Below, piece after piece: positions 54,606 through 64,000 of a DNA stretch of 64,000 nucleotides. A program made the position numbers and the translations under genes. The notes below the pieces were generated by a model. The model ran no database searches. It saw only the letters and a program-made list of their open reading frames with translations, and had not been told where the DNA came from. Source of the DNA: Candidatus Latescibacterota bacterium (GTDB taxonomy: Bacteria; Latescibacterota; UBA2968; UBA8231); the NCBI GenBank assembly GCA_965215195.1, contig CBDCDC010000002.1:992001-1056000 (forward strand), given 5' to 3'. Position 1 is the stretch's first letter. Each line of letters starts with the position of its first letter.

Positions 54606-56654
54606 CTAGTACGCCACGCCCAAAGGCCGCACGATCTGCCCGCTGCGCGCATCCCCTTGCACCTCGATCCGCACCAAGTACATGCCCGGAGCGACGCGCC
54701 GGCCCCGCTCGTCTGTGCCGTCCCAATGCACGGCCTCGTACGCGCCGTTTTGCCCCTCAACGTCAAAGAGGCGGCGCACCTGCCGGCCCCCCAAATCCCA
54801 CAGGTCGATCACAATCCGCGCTTTGCCGATGACCGCCAGCACCTCGAAGTTCACGTCAAGGACGTCGTTTACCCCGTCCCCATTGGGCGTCAAGACTGCG
54901 CTGCCGAGGGCGAAACGACCGATCAAGCTGCCCTCGTTCACCGCCCGGCTCAGCACGGTCGTCCCCGACTCGGTCGCCACGTCGCCTGCGGCCAAAAAGG
55001 CCGCGTCGCCCGGGGTAATGCCCTGAAAGGCATCCTCCGCTAGCAGCAGGGCGCGGCCGCCAAAGCGGGTGCTAAAGGCCAGCACCCGGCTGACGAAGTG
55101 GATTTTCAGCACCGCGTCGTGCTGGTCTATGGCCGGGAAACTCACCGCAAAGCGCTCGTCGTCCATGGCGGTGATCGCGACCTCGCCTTCGGTCGTGACC
55201 CCATCGGCGACCGCAAAGGCGTGGTTGAGCACCTGCTGGCCGCTGGCGTCGATGATCTCGATCCGCTCGACGCGGCCCACGCGACTGGGGGTAAACACCT
55301 CAAAGCTGTTGAAGCCCTGCACGGGATCGCTCTCCATCACCGCTCGCACTGCGTACACAAAGGGCACGTCCGCGGCGGCCGGCACCTCGCGGGGGAAGAT
55401 CTCGCCAACGAGGGCATCGGCCAGCGGCGGCGTGGAAAATTCGAGGCCGATCTGCTGGAGAATGTGACTCGCTTCCAAGTGCCGGCTGTGAAATTCCACG
55501 CGAAATTGGAAGTAGCGGCTGGGGCCGGGCGAGAGAACCTGCGTGCCCGCAGCCAGCTCCTCCAGCGCATAGGGCGAGGTCCACGGGCTCCAGTTTGCCA
55601 AGTCGTCGCGCACTGAGCCGCGCTCCCAATCGTCGCCCTGACGCCCGCGCTCGGGCAGCTTTAAGTACTCGTTGCGCAGCAGCGGCTCGTCCGGATTGGC
55701 TGCGGACAGGGGGATCTCTGGGGCGTCTTGCAGACCCACCTGCTTGCGGGTGTACGCCAAGGGACTGGGGTCGTGGCCGCTGCGGGTGCGCAACTGCACG
55801 TCGGCGAGGTCCGCCGCGCCTACTTGCTGCTGCAAGGTGCGGATGAGGCCCCAATTGGCCGGGCTGCCCATGTCGATGATCGGCGAGATGTAGCGCGCCG
55901 TTGGAAAGAACCCCTCGCCAAAGACTTGGAGCTTCTCAATCTCAAAGGGAATGGCCGACGTGGCCCGCAGGCGGATAAAGCGAATGTAGCGCGGCGGATC
56001 GATAGGCACTTGGGTGATCCGATCGCTGTTGTCGTTGCGCACGGCATAGGTTTCCCAGATCGGGTTGCCCGAGCTGGTCAGCACCAAGCCGTCGTTGATC
56101 TCCACTTCAAAGTTTTTCAAAAAGTCGTTTTGGAAGGGGGTGCCGGGCGAGGCAAAGACCGTGTTGCGCGGGAAGAAGCGCAGCCGGTTGACCCCAAAGC
56201 GCGCGCCTAGGTCGAGAATGAGCTGGGTCCCCAAGATGTCGTCCCCTTTGCGCTCAAAGGCCTGCCCGGTGGGCTCGGCCGCGAGCATGTCCTCGAAAAT
56301 CACCTGTAGCTGCAAGGCGGTCAGGTCGAAGACGGTCGGGGCGCGCAGGGAGCCGCCGCGCTCTATCACCTCGGTGGCCAAGTTCTGCTCGGCACCCACC
56401 CGGCGCGGCAGGATGCTGCCCGCAAAATCCGCGCTGTCAAACTCAATTAAGTCGGCCGGCGCATGGCCTATTTCGGTGACATTGGGGTCGAGAAAGGAGC
56501 GGTGCTCGGGCCGGATCGCGGAGATGCCCTCGGCCCCTTGGACCCGCCCGGTCCACGAGATTTGGCCGTCCTGCCCGATGAGCAGGACTTGTCGGGCCGC
56601 TAGCGGTTGCACCAAGCACACAGTTAGGACCCCAATCAGCAACGCGGCTTTCAT
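54606..56654 (-). CDS. Exported protein with C-terminal FlgD Ig-like domain
   Basis: LDLGARFGVNRLRFFPR, SPGPSRYFQ, LTPNGDGVND...WDGTD...VAPGMYL. Confidence 0.85.
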   Translation of the reverse strand: MKAALLIGVLTVCLVQPLAARQVLLIGQDGQISWTGRVQGAEGISAIRPEHRSFLDPNVTEIGHAPADLIEFDSADFAGSILPRRVGAEQNLATEVIERGGSLRAPTVFDLTALQLQVIFEDMLAAEPTGQAFERKGDDILGTQLILDLGARFGVNRLRFFPRNTVFASPGTPFQNDFLKNFEVEINDGLVLTSSGNPIWETYAVRNDNSDRITQVPIDPPRYIRFIRLRATSAIPFEIEKLQVFGEGFFPTARYISPIIDMGSPANWGLIRTLQQQVGAADLADVQLRTRSGHDPSPLAYTRKQVGLQDAPEIPLSAANPDEPLLRNEYLKLPERGRQGDDWERGSVRDDLANWSPWTSPYALEELAAGTQVLSPGPSRYFQFRVEFHSRHLEASHILQQIGLEFSTPPLADALVGEIFPREVPAAADVPFVYAVRAVMESDPVQGFNSFEVFTPSRVGRVERIEIIDASGQQVLNHAFAVADGVTTEGEVAITAMDDERFAVSFPAIDQHDAVLKIHFVSRVLAFSTRFGGRALLLAEDAFQGITPGDAAFLAAGDVATESGTTVLSRAVNEGSLIGRFALGSAVLTPNGDGVNDVLDVNFEVLAVIGKARIVIDLWDLGGRQVRRLFDVEGQNGAYEAVHWDGTDERGRRVAPGMYLVRIEVQGDARSGQIVRPLGVAY

Positions 56655-56995
56655 GGCGAGGCCCGTCCCGACCGCTGGCGCTCTTCAATCACAACGCCCC
56701 CGTCATCCCATACTTCCAAGGTTACGCTACTGTCTTGGAGCAAGGACATTCCGCGCAGAGATTCCTCATCCCCAAGGTAGGCGTTTAATACTACGGATTC
56801 GCCATTAGCGAGTGTTGCGCTGCGCCGACCTAACAGAACTAACCCCAGTTGTTGGATGACGTCCTGCGGTAGCGTCAAATCGCCGTTATACCCTGTGTCC
56901 AAGACGGCCTCTAATGAATGGAAAAGTCCGTCCTTGCCTACGAAGGCGACGATGATTACTGCTTCGAGGTAATGGTTTATCTTGCCCGTAATCAT
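56651..56995 (-). CDS. Clan AA aspartic protease (possibly internally deleted)
   Basis: AVLDTGYNGDLTLP, ATLANG, GMSLL; short spacing before the GMSLL motif. Confidence 0.75.
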   Translation of the reverse strand: MITGKINHYLEAVIIVAFVGKDGLFHSLEAVLDTGYNGDLTLPQDVIQQLGLVLLGRRSATLANGESVVLNAYLGDEESLRGMSLLQDSSVTLEVWDDGGVVIEERQRSGRASP

Positions 56996-57249
56996 GGCTT
57001 GGGCGTCAAGTGTCTGCCGCCGATGCGGTAAGCTATGCGATAACCGACTCGTACCGCATCAGGCCGCCGCTCCAGCAGCTTCAGCGTAGCCGTTACGTCC
57101 CTTGAGTCTAGCTCGTAGTCGCCGGTCTCAATGTCAATAATCACGAACTTTCCTTTTTCTGTCGTCTCCACCAAGCTGCGTATCTGTTCCCGGTAGATGG
57201 CTTCCCCTCGGGCTGTTATTTCCTCGGGGCTATAAGCGTGGCCTGCCAT
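56992..57249 (-). CDS. Small protein typically paired with clan AA proteases (putative TA partner)
   Basis: RGEAIYREQIR...KGKFVIIDIETGDYE; ATGA overlap with the protease gene. Confidence 0.7.
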   Translation of the reverse strand: MAGHAYSPEEITARGEAIYREQIRSLVETTEKGKFVIIDIETGDYELDSRDVTATLKLLERRPDAVRVGYRIAYRIGGRHLTPKP

Positions 57250-57552
57250 AGTACCCTCCTTTTGGATCGGCTAAATAGTGTTCATGGCGTATTAGGCGGT
57301 TGTCAGTCCGTGCGAAACCGCAGGAGGTCAACGTTCATATCAGACAGGACAGAAACTCGGCTTGGTGGCGAGACTTAGGGACAGCACTTGACGCAGGTCC
57401 CCTTTTCAACTTTATAGATTAGCTTCACAGTACAGCAGCGGACGGTTTAGGTTGAGATTGTTGGGCAGCAACCAATAAACTCAATATCGGGCTGTACTTC
57501 AATCTATCTCTTGGTATCGCGTATTAAAAATTTTGGCTCGCGGAGAAGAGTT

Positions 57553-57918
57553 GTGGCGACCGATATTGCAGTTAAAGAACAGCAAGCGAGGCATTTGATC
57601 GCTCAGGAGACTATTGATGCCATCGTCCAAGTTATTGCCGATCGTCTTGCACCCAAGCTCATCATCCTGTTCGGCTCATACGCCTCTGGCTGCCCCACGC
57701 CCGATAGCGACCTCGATCTGTTGGTCGTCATGGATACCGATCTACTCCCGCACCAGCGTACCACGCCGATCCGATTGCTGTTCAAACCAGTGCCCTGTGC
57801 CTTGGATCTCTTGGTCTATACGCCCGCAGAAGTGGCTTATTGGAACGGCACGGTAAACCACATTATTACCGCAGTATTTCAACACGGCAAAGTAGTCTAT
57901 GAACAGCCAGCACCTTGA
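57553..57918 (+). CDS. Minimal nucleotidyltransferase (MNT) antitoxin
   Basis: IILFGSYASG...DSDLDLLVV...DLLVYTP; start uncertain. Confidence 0.88.
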   Translation: MATDIAVKEQQARHLIAQETIDAIVQVIADRLAPKLIILFGSYASGCPTPDSDLDLLVVMDTDLLPHQRTTPIRLLFKPVPCALDLLVYTPAEVAYWNGTVNHIITAVFQHGKVVYEQPAP

Positions 57919-58274
57919 ACTGGCCCAGCACTGGCTGCGAAAGGCCGATAACGATCTGATCACCGCCCGGCAGACGCTTTTGCTGTCCGGCGGACCGACT
58001 GATACGCCCTGCTTTCACGCCCAGCAGGCCATTGAAAAGGCTTTGAAAGCTCTGCTGACCGCCGCCCAAATCCCTTTTCAGCGCATCCACGATCTGAGCC
58101 GCCTGTTGGATCAAGCCCACCCTCTATTGCCCGCTTTGGAATCCTTCAGGGAAGGTTTAGCCGCCATTTCCAATTATGCGGTTGACACGCGCTACCCCGA
58201 AAGAAGCCGTTGAAGCCCTAGCCACCGCTGAAAAGGTGATGGCGATGATTCGCCCTGAGATCGAACCTGACTAA
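57899..58274 (+). pseudogene. HEPN domain protein with frameshifted C-terminal helix
   Basis: WLRKADNDL, CFHAQQAIEKALKA, IHDL, RYP then stop at 58213; alternative frame gives KEAVEALATAEKVMAMIRPEIEPD*. Confidence 0.75.
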
Positions 58275-58283
58275 ACGCGGCTT

Positions 58284-59324
58284 TCACGGCGTTTTCCCAG
58301 ACAATTGTTTCAGCAAGACGTCCCTTTCGGTTTGGACGCGCGCGGCGACTTTGGCGCGCTGCTGGTGGCGCTGGTACTGGGCAAACGCTTCCCGTGCGGC
58401 GGCCTCCTCACCCAGCAGCCCGTGCAGCTTGCTCAGAAAAAAATGCACCCGGTAGTCGCCCGGGGTAGCTTCAGCCAGCTCAGCGACACAAGTGAGGGCC
58501 TCGCGGTAGCGCCCCTGCCAGAACAGCAGCTTGCCCAAGCCCCACAAGTCGGCGTTTGAACCGGGCCTTTCCGCGAGTGCGGCTTCGAGCTGCTCTTCCG
58601 CCTTTTGCATGGCTTCCTCCCCGACCAGCCCTTGCGGCCGCCACCAACCCTCGGCCCTTGCGCGGCCCAAGTCGCCGCGGCGGCGGTCCATCTCAATGAG
58701 GAGATCCGCCAGCCCCAAGGCCGCTTGCCGCGCATAGGGCTTTTGGCCCAATAGCTCGGCGTAGGCCGCAATCGCTGGTTCGGCCCGGCCTTCGGCCTCG
58801 TACATGCGCGCTAGCTGGTAACGCGCCCGGCTGCTGTCGGGACGCAACGTTAGCAAGTCGCCGTAGGACTGGGCCGCACTCGGCAAGTCGCCGCTCAAGC
58901 GCTGGGCGTCTCCCAAGCGACCCAGCAACGCGGCCGGATCGCCACCTTGGTCGAGCAGGGTCCGGTAGAGGCTGGCGGCGGCAGCCGGTTGCCCGGCAGC
59001 TACGTAGCGGGCCGCCAGCAACTCCTGTGCGCGACTTTCTTCGGGCCAGCGCTCCAACAGCTCGCGGTACGCCGCAATGGCCTTGGCGTGTTCGTCCTTT
59101 TCGCCATAGAGGGCTCCGAGCGCGTAATAGGCGGCGGGAAAATCGACCCCTGCCGCAACCGCACTCCGGTACTCGCGCAGGGCGTTGGCCTGCATGCCCT
59201 GCGCTTGGTATGCGTGGCCCGACCAGTAGTGCTGCTCTCCTTTTGATCTCCCATCGCATGCATTGAGACCCATACTGAGCGCGATGACGCGACCGCACTG
59301 GGCCAATATGGCTAGCCGGCGCAT
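58284..59324 (-). CDS. TPR-containing lipoprotein
   Basis: LNAC lipobox-like; AYYALGALY, ARYQLARMY, VHFFLSKLH helical repeats. Confidence 0.85.
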   Translation of the reverse strand: MRRLAILAQCGRVIALSMGLNACDGRSKGEQHYWSGHAYQAQGMQANALREYRSAVAAGVDFPAAYYALGALYGEKDEHAKAIAAYRELLERWPEESRAQELLAARYVAAGQPAAAASLYRTLLDQGGDPAALLGRLGDAQRLSGDLPSAAQSYGDLLTLRPDSSRARYQLARMYEAEGRAEPAIAAYAELLGQKPYARQAALGLADLLIEMDRRRGDLGRARAEGWWRPQGLVGEEAMQKAEEQLEAALAERPGSNADLWGLGKLLFWQGRYREALTCVAELAEATPGDYRVHFFLSKLHGLLGEEAAAREAFAQYQRHQQRAKVAARVQTERDVLLKQLSGKTP

Positions 59325-61982
59325 CTAGTTCAGCCCCGCGTAAATCGTCACAAAGGATTCGTTGGTCGTCCGCGCCGGCTGCCCGGTGAACTGCTTGCGC
59401 TCTATTTTCATGCCAGTCAGGGCGCGGAGCTTGTAGCCGAGGTAGTTGGACTCATTGCTGAACTGGACGGCTACGGTCACCGCGTCGAAGTCGTTGGCGT
59501 CGGCGTCGAAGTCGTTGAAGATCGCGTACTCCACGCCGGCTTGGAGCTTGGTCACCTGCAAGACCTGCGTCTCCACCAAGCCCGAAAACAGCTCCATCAG
59601 GCTGGTGTGGCTGCTGAGCGAGAGCAGGCTGCGGCTCTGCTTGCGCAGCTCGCTCTTCCAGCGCGGCTCCAGCGACCACGCCCCGAGCTGGAAGCGGTAG
59701 CTCGCTTTGTTGATCAGGCCGAAGAAGAAGTCAGAAGGGGCCAAGCCGTACTGCTGCCGCTGGGCCTTTTCCATCTGCTGGTGGAAGTAGAGCCAATGCA
59801 TCTTGGTGGTCAAAAAGAGCGACGCCACCTGTAGATTGTGGCCGACAAAAAGCTGGTTGACCCAAGTGTCGCGCGCCAACAGGGGGTCCTCGACCTTGGT
59901 CAGCTCGCCGCCGCGCAGGGTATTGTCCGGCGCCCACTGCAACAGGGGGTTGGGGATGTCGTCTTGCACCAACTTGCTCATCTCAAATACCCGCAAGCGA
60001 CCCAGCCGCGGCGCCGCGCGCTCGTAGGTGAACATCAGGTAATTGCTCTCGTTTTTGCGCGCCGAGGAAATCAGCCCCTCGCGCAGCGCACCCACCACCA
60101 AGCGCGCCCGCGGCGTGATGTCGGCCCCGAGGTGGATGTTGAATCCCCGGTGATCCCGGCGATACGGATAATCCGGCTCCTCGTCGTTTTCGTATTGATC
60201 GACCCAAAAGTTGTTGTTCATATCGACGCCAAAGAGAAATTCGGGCCGATCGACGTAAAACCGCAAAAAGGCCTCCTCGTAGTCCGGCTCGGTATTCGAG
60301 CGCACGAACGTGTCGTTTTGGTTGAAGTCGGGCACGAAGTCGTTGTTTTGATCCCAGCCCGGAAAGACCTGCAAGTCGCCGCTGAGAAAGTCGAAGCGCA
60401 CGTTGTCCGGGAATTTGTCCTGATCGTCGTTGTCATCGACCAAATCGACCAAGCCGCGCTCGTTGTCGTAGTCGAAGTCTCCGGTGCCCGAGGTGATAAA
60501 AGTCTGGGTGTTGTAGCGCGGATCCATGCTGTAAAACTCGCCAAAGGCAAAGTACGGAGCGGCCTTTTTGGACGCGTTGACCATCCAAGCGGGGGCCGAG
60601 CGCCGGCCGCCGATCCCGGAGAAGGCCTCGTGGGTCTCTTCGAGCACGTTGGGGTACTTGCGATAGGTCCAGCTCAGATCGTACTCCCCGTACACGTCAA
60701 AGCCCCGCAGGTTTTGCAACTCAAAGCTGCCGCCAAAAATGTGGGTGGCCGTGGGCAGGCCGTACTCAAAGCGGATGGTCTGCAAATTGGTGATGTCTTG
60801 GACATTGCCCTCGGCCTGCGCGACGAGCAGCAAGACCTCCTGGCCGTCGAGATTGATCTGGCGGTCCGAGGTCATCCAGACCTGATAGTCGTTGCCCAGC
60901 GTCAGCAGGAATTCGACCTTGGCGATTTCGTCCTTGGCAAAGCGGGCCCGATCGACAAAGTCCGGGCTGTCAAAGTCGTACACCAGCCGCATTTCCTCCG
61001 GCCCATTGGCTGCGACAAAGCCCTGCTGCAAAAAGCCGCCCTCGACGATCGGCTCAAAGCCAATGGCCTTGCCCGATTCCACCGAGCCATCGCGATAGGT
61101 AATCTGCACGTCCGACGCATCGGGAAAAAAGGCCGCGCCGCCCACGCCGTCTTCGGGCGAGTCGTCGCGCAGCACCAGCTTGATGAGCGAGATGGTTTTG
61201 TTTTGCCCGATGGTCAGGGAGCCGGCGAATGGGTTGCCGGCCTGCTTGTCGAGCAAGGTGTGCGACTGGTGGGCGTTGGCCGTGTGCAGCGCGACTTCCG
61301 CAAAGTCCCCGAGCTGGGCCCCCAACCGCCCGCCCACCAAGATGGTGTTGTTGGTCCGCAGCACCTCGCGGTCCCCGGTTGAGCCGCCGCCTGGGTTGCT
61401 CAGCCGCGAAAACAAAAAGGTGGCTTCGTAGCGGTCGGTAGCGAGGTCGAACTGCACGCCGTCCATGCGGGCCTTGGCAAACACCATCGGCGACAGGACC
61501 GAGCGCAGGCGGCTGCTCGCCGTCAAGGTGTAGAAGTACTGGCCCTTGTTGTCTTGCGCCACCACGACTTCGGAAAACCAGCTCTGGAAGCGGGAAGACT
61601 TGAACAGCACATTGCCGAACTGCTGGGGCTTGCTCTGCGAGTTGTTGAAAATCAGCCAGCCGCGGGTGAGAAAATTGCCGTACAGATCGTAGAAGTAATC
61701 GCCCTCTAGGGTTGTTTCCACGTAGCGCTCATACGGGTTGCGCGCGTAGTTGGTGTATTCCCATTGCCGCCAGTGGTATTCGCTGTACAGTTCCTGCGGC
61801 ACGTACCAGCGGCGCACGGCCGGGTCGAGCGCGTTCAGGGCCACCCCAGGGCCTTGAGGCGCGAGACTCGTCTGGTCGCCGAGCTGCAAGCCCAAGCGCG
61901 TCCCGTACTGGCCCTGTGCGCCGGCCGGCGCGCCGAGTGCGCACAACATTAGGAGACCGCAAATTCCGGTCTTTGCTCTCAC
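59325..61982 (-). CDS. Conserved hypothetical exported, outer-membrane-like protein (paralogue of 24873-27554)
   Basis: GTG start with aggagg RBS; signal peptide; RRWYVPQELY...LEGDYFYDLYGN; ends FVTIYAGLN. Confidence 0.75.
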   Translation of the reverse strand: MRAKTGICGLLMLCALGAPAGAQGQYGTRLGLQLGDQTSLAPQGPGVALNALDPAVRRWYVPQELYSEYHWRQWEYTNYARNPYERYVETTLEGDYFYDLYGNFLTRGWLIFNNSQSKPQQFGNVLFKSSRFQSWFSEVVVAQDNKGQYFYTLTASSRLRSVLSPMVFAKARMDGVQFDLATDRYEATFLFSRLSNPGGGSTGDREVLRTNNTILVGGRLGAQLGDFAEVALHTANAHQSHTLLDKQAGNPFAGSLTIGQNKTISLIKLVLRDDSPEDGVGGAAFFPDASDVQITYRDGSVESGKAIGFEPIVEGGFLQQGFVAANGPEEMRLVYDFDSPDFVDRARFAKDEIAKVEFLLTLGNDYQVWMTSDRQINLDGQEVLLLVAQAEGNVQDITNLQTIRFEYGLPTATHIFGGSFELQNLRGFDVYGEYDLSWTYRKYPNVLEETHEAFSGIGGRRSAPAWMVNASKKAAPYFAFGEFYSMDPRYNTQTFITSGTGDFDYDNERGLVDLVDDNDDQDKFPDNVRFDFLSGDLQVFPGWDQNNDFVPDFNQNDTFVRSNTEPDYEEAFLRFYVDRPEFLFGVDMNNNFWVDQYENDEEPDYPYRRDHRGFNIHLGADITPRARLVVGALREGLISSARKNESNYLMFTYERAAPRLGRLRVFEMSKLVQDDIPNPLLQWAPDNTLRGGELTKVEDPLLARDTWVNQLFVGHNLQVASLFLTTKMHWLYFHQQMEKAQRQQYGLAPSDFFFGLINKASYRFQLGAWSLEPRWKSELRKQSRSLLSLSSHTSLMELFSGLVETQVLQVTKLQAGVEYAIFNDFDADANDFDAVTVAVQFSNESNYLGYKLRALTGMKIERKQFTGQPARTTNESFVTIYAGLN

Positions 61983-62005
61983 AGCAACCTCCTTTAGTGG
62001 CCTAT

Positions 62006-64000
62006 TTAATAGGCAGCCGCGATGAGGCGAGTGCGGGTCGTCCCTCCGGCGCCTTCGGCATCCGCCTCCACTGCAATCTGACACAAGTACAACCCCGGCG
62101 GCACCACCTGCCCGGCCGCGTCCTTCCCGTCCCACCTAAACTGCTGCGGCCCGCCGGTCGCCAGCCCGGCTATCTGCCGCACCTGCTGCCCGGCCAGCGT
62201 GTACAGGCGGATGGTCAAGGGCCGCGCGGCCTGTACGCGGAAGAGAGAAAAACCGATTTCAGCGGTCTCGTTGATCCCGTCGCCATTGGGGGTAAACGGG
62301 TTGGGCGCGATGGCAATATCGTCGATGGTGGCCCGCGCCCCTTGCGCGCCAATCGACAGGCTCTTGGAAGGACTCAAGGCGGTCGCGTCGCCCCCGTCGG
62401 CCACCTGCCAAGGCGTGGCCGGTTGGCTCTGCCGCACGGCCACCTGCATCCGCGTCCCTTGCAGGTACACCCGCCCGGCAAAGCGCACGCGCAACAGCCG
62501 ACCGCGCCCCACCACCCAGCCCCGCTGACGGCCCAACCGGCCGTAGCCGCGCTGGTCGAGGCTGTCGCCGGCCGCGTCAAAGGGCACCTGATCGCCCAAC
62601 CCAACCACCTTGCGGAAGTAGCGCACCGGGCCCTGCTCGTCCGCGCCGAGCGCGTCGTAGGCCGCGGCATCTACTTCGGCCAAGCTGCCGTTTGCCAGCC
62701 GCCGAAAGTAGCGCACCGCGCCCCGCTCGGCCTCGGGCAAGAGGCTGTGCGAGGTAAAGGTCAACAGGTTGCGGTCCAGTCCAGTGGGCACCTCGTCGCC
62801 GGGGACGACCGAGCGGTAGTACACCGGAGCGAGCACGTCGGCCGGCGCACCCTGCACGGCCTGCGGAAATTCCAGCCACAGGGAGTCGCCCTCGGCGCGT
62901 ACCCTTAGCTCGTCGCCCCACTCGAATGGCGTTGCGGCCAACAGCTCGGCCTCGGTGCCCATGGCCACATCGACCAGCTTTAGCGCGAACAGCGGGTCCG
63001 CACGCAAGAGCAACTGGTCGAAGCCCGGGCTGCGCACGTTGGCTGGCTGCTGCAAAAAGTTGGGCTGCACGTAGAGCGCAAACGTGTCGAGCACCCCGGC
63101 CGCGGCCGCGGTTGGCCATACCTCGGCCCGCAGGTGCTGGGCCACCGGCTGGTGCAACGCCACCGCAATGCGGTGCAGGGCCGGCGCGTTTTGGCCGCTG
63201 CTTTTGAGACGCGCTTGGACCTGCATGAAGCGCCGCAGGCCCGGGGAGGTGGCCAAGTCCCCGGGCTGCAAGTAGCGCTGACTCCACGGACTCCAGCCCG
63301 GCCCGACCACCACGGTCGTGTCCGAAGGCCCCTTGAGAAAGCCGGCCAGCGTCTTGTACTCGGCCGCGGTCTTCTCGTTGCCGGTCTTGTCAAAATAGCG
63401 GATCTGCTGCAAAAGCTGGTCGCCGCTGCGGGTGCGGATCTCCACGTCCGTGCCCGGGGGCGTGCTCGCCTCCCAGCGCACCGCACCCAAGGCCACCAAC
63501 CCCGGCAGCTCGATCAGATCCGACTCCAGCACCGCCTCGGCCGGCGGCCCCTCGGCGAGCAGCATGAACTCGTGCTGATACGACCAGAACTGGTTCATGT
63601 GGCCGGTGCCGCCCGGGCCGGTGGCCCTAAATCCCGGGGGCACGTGGCCGATGGTGACCATGTCGAGGAAGCGGGTCAAAACCGGCGGCGCCTGAATGTC
63701 GGCAATGTCGCGAAAGTTGCCGGTGAACACATTGCGCTCGCGTTCCTCCGGGCTGATGCGCTGCCACTTGAGATTGCCCTGAGCGTCGCGCTCGCCCGTA
63801 GAGGCGCGCATGATGTAGCCCCGGCTGCTGCACACTAAGCGGGTCTGAGCCAAGCGCACAATGCCCCCCATATCTATGGTCAGCACGTTGGCCGTGGGGT
63901 TTTTCGGGTTGCGGATCTGGTGCGAGAATCCAGTGCTGGCGTCGCCGTCAAACGCCAGCAGCGTATTGGTCCCATCGGTCGTCAGCGCGTACGAGCCGCC
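62006..64000 (-). CDS. FlgD Ig-like domain protein (5' end outside window)
   Basis: Frame open to window end; IRTRSGD, WSPWS, FTPNGDGINE...WDGKD...VPPGLYL, ends AAAY. Confidence 0.85.
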   Translation of the reverse strand, partial: GGSYALTTDGTNTLLAFDGDASTGFSHQIRNPKNPTANVLTIDMGGIVRLAQTRLVCSSRGYIMRASTGERDAQGNLKWQRISPEERERNVFTGNFRDIADIQAPPVLTRFLDMVTIGHVPPGFRATGPGGTGHMNQFWSYQHEFMLLAEGPPAEAVLESDLIELPGLVALGAVRWEASTPPGTDVEIRTRSGDQLLQQIRYFDKTGNEKTAAEYKTLAGFLKGPSDTTVVVGPGWSPWSQRYLQPGDLATSPGLRRFMQVQARLKSSGQNAPALHRIAVALHQPVAQHLRAEVWPTAAAAGVLDTFALYVQPNFLQQPANVRSPGFDQLLLRADPLFALKLVDVAMGTEAELLAATPFEWGDELRVRAEGDSLWLEFPQAVQGAPADVLAPVYYRSVVPGDEVPTGLDRNLLTFTSHSLLPEAERGAVRYFRRLANGSLAEVDAAAYDALGADEQGPVRYFRKVVGLGDQVPFDAAGDSLDQRGYGRLGRQRGWVVGRGRLLRVRFAGRVYLQGTRMQVAVRQSQPATPWQVADGGDATALSPSKSLSIGAQGARATIDDIAIAPNPFTPNGDGINETAEIGFSLFRVQAARPLTIRLYTLAGQQVRQIAGLATGGPQQFRWDGKDAAGQVVPPGLYLCQIAVEADAEGAGGTTRTRLIAAAY

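Overview
GC-rich bacterial window. FlgD-Ig 'TPNGDG' proteins, a C-terminal 'SWGRIK' motif and many SLR/TPR/ankyrin/LRR repeats suggest a Latescibacterota/Poribacteria-like, possibly sponge-associated host (inference only). Positions 1-24.7 kb hold catabolic and transport genes plus a decayed accessory patch at 11.4-14.5 kb: a toxin-antitoxin (TA) remnant, an AAA-PD-(D/E)XK gene, a REP palindrome and a MITE with a 9-bp target duplication. A minus-strand cell-surface cluster of FlgD-Ig proteins, two paralogous ~890-aa outer-membrane-like proteins and a TPR protein occupies 23.8-27.6 kb and 52.5-64 kb. It appears to be interrupted by a ~25-kb insertion with an 8-bp direct repeat at its edges and inverted IS4-like ends around its core. 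The insertion carries the main candidate novel system, a ~23-kb co-directional cluster. It combines a dedicated chaperone set (Hsp70-vWA fusion, GrpE with a duplicated coil, a second lidless Hsp70, an HPD-less membrane J-like protein), PPC/Sel1-repeat and lipoprotein surface proteins, a transmembrane protease-FHA plus pseudoprotease-FHA pair, an ExbB plus ExbD-like vWA pair, two FHA proteins, a PP2C phosphatase and two Ser/Thr kinases with different C-termini. No rRNA, tRNA or CRISPR array was recognised. All calls come from reading motifs by eye; no searches were run.
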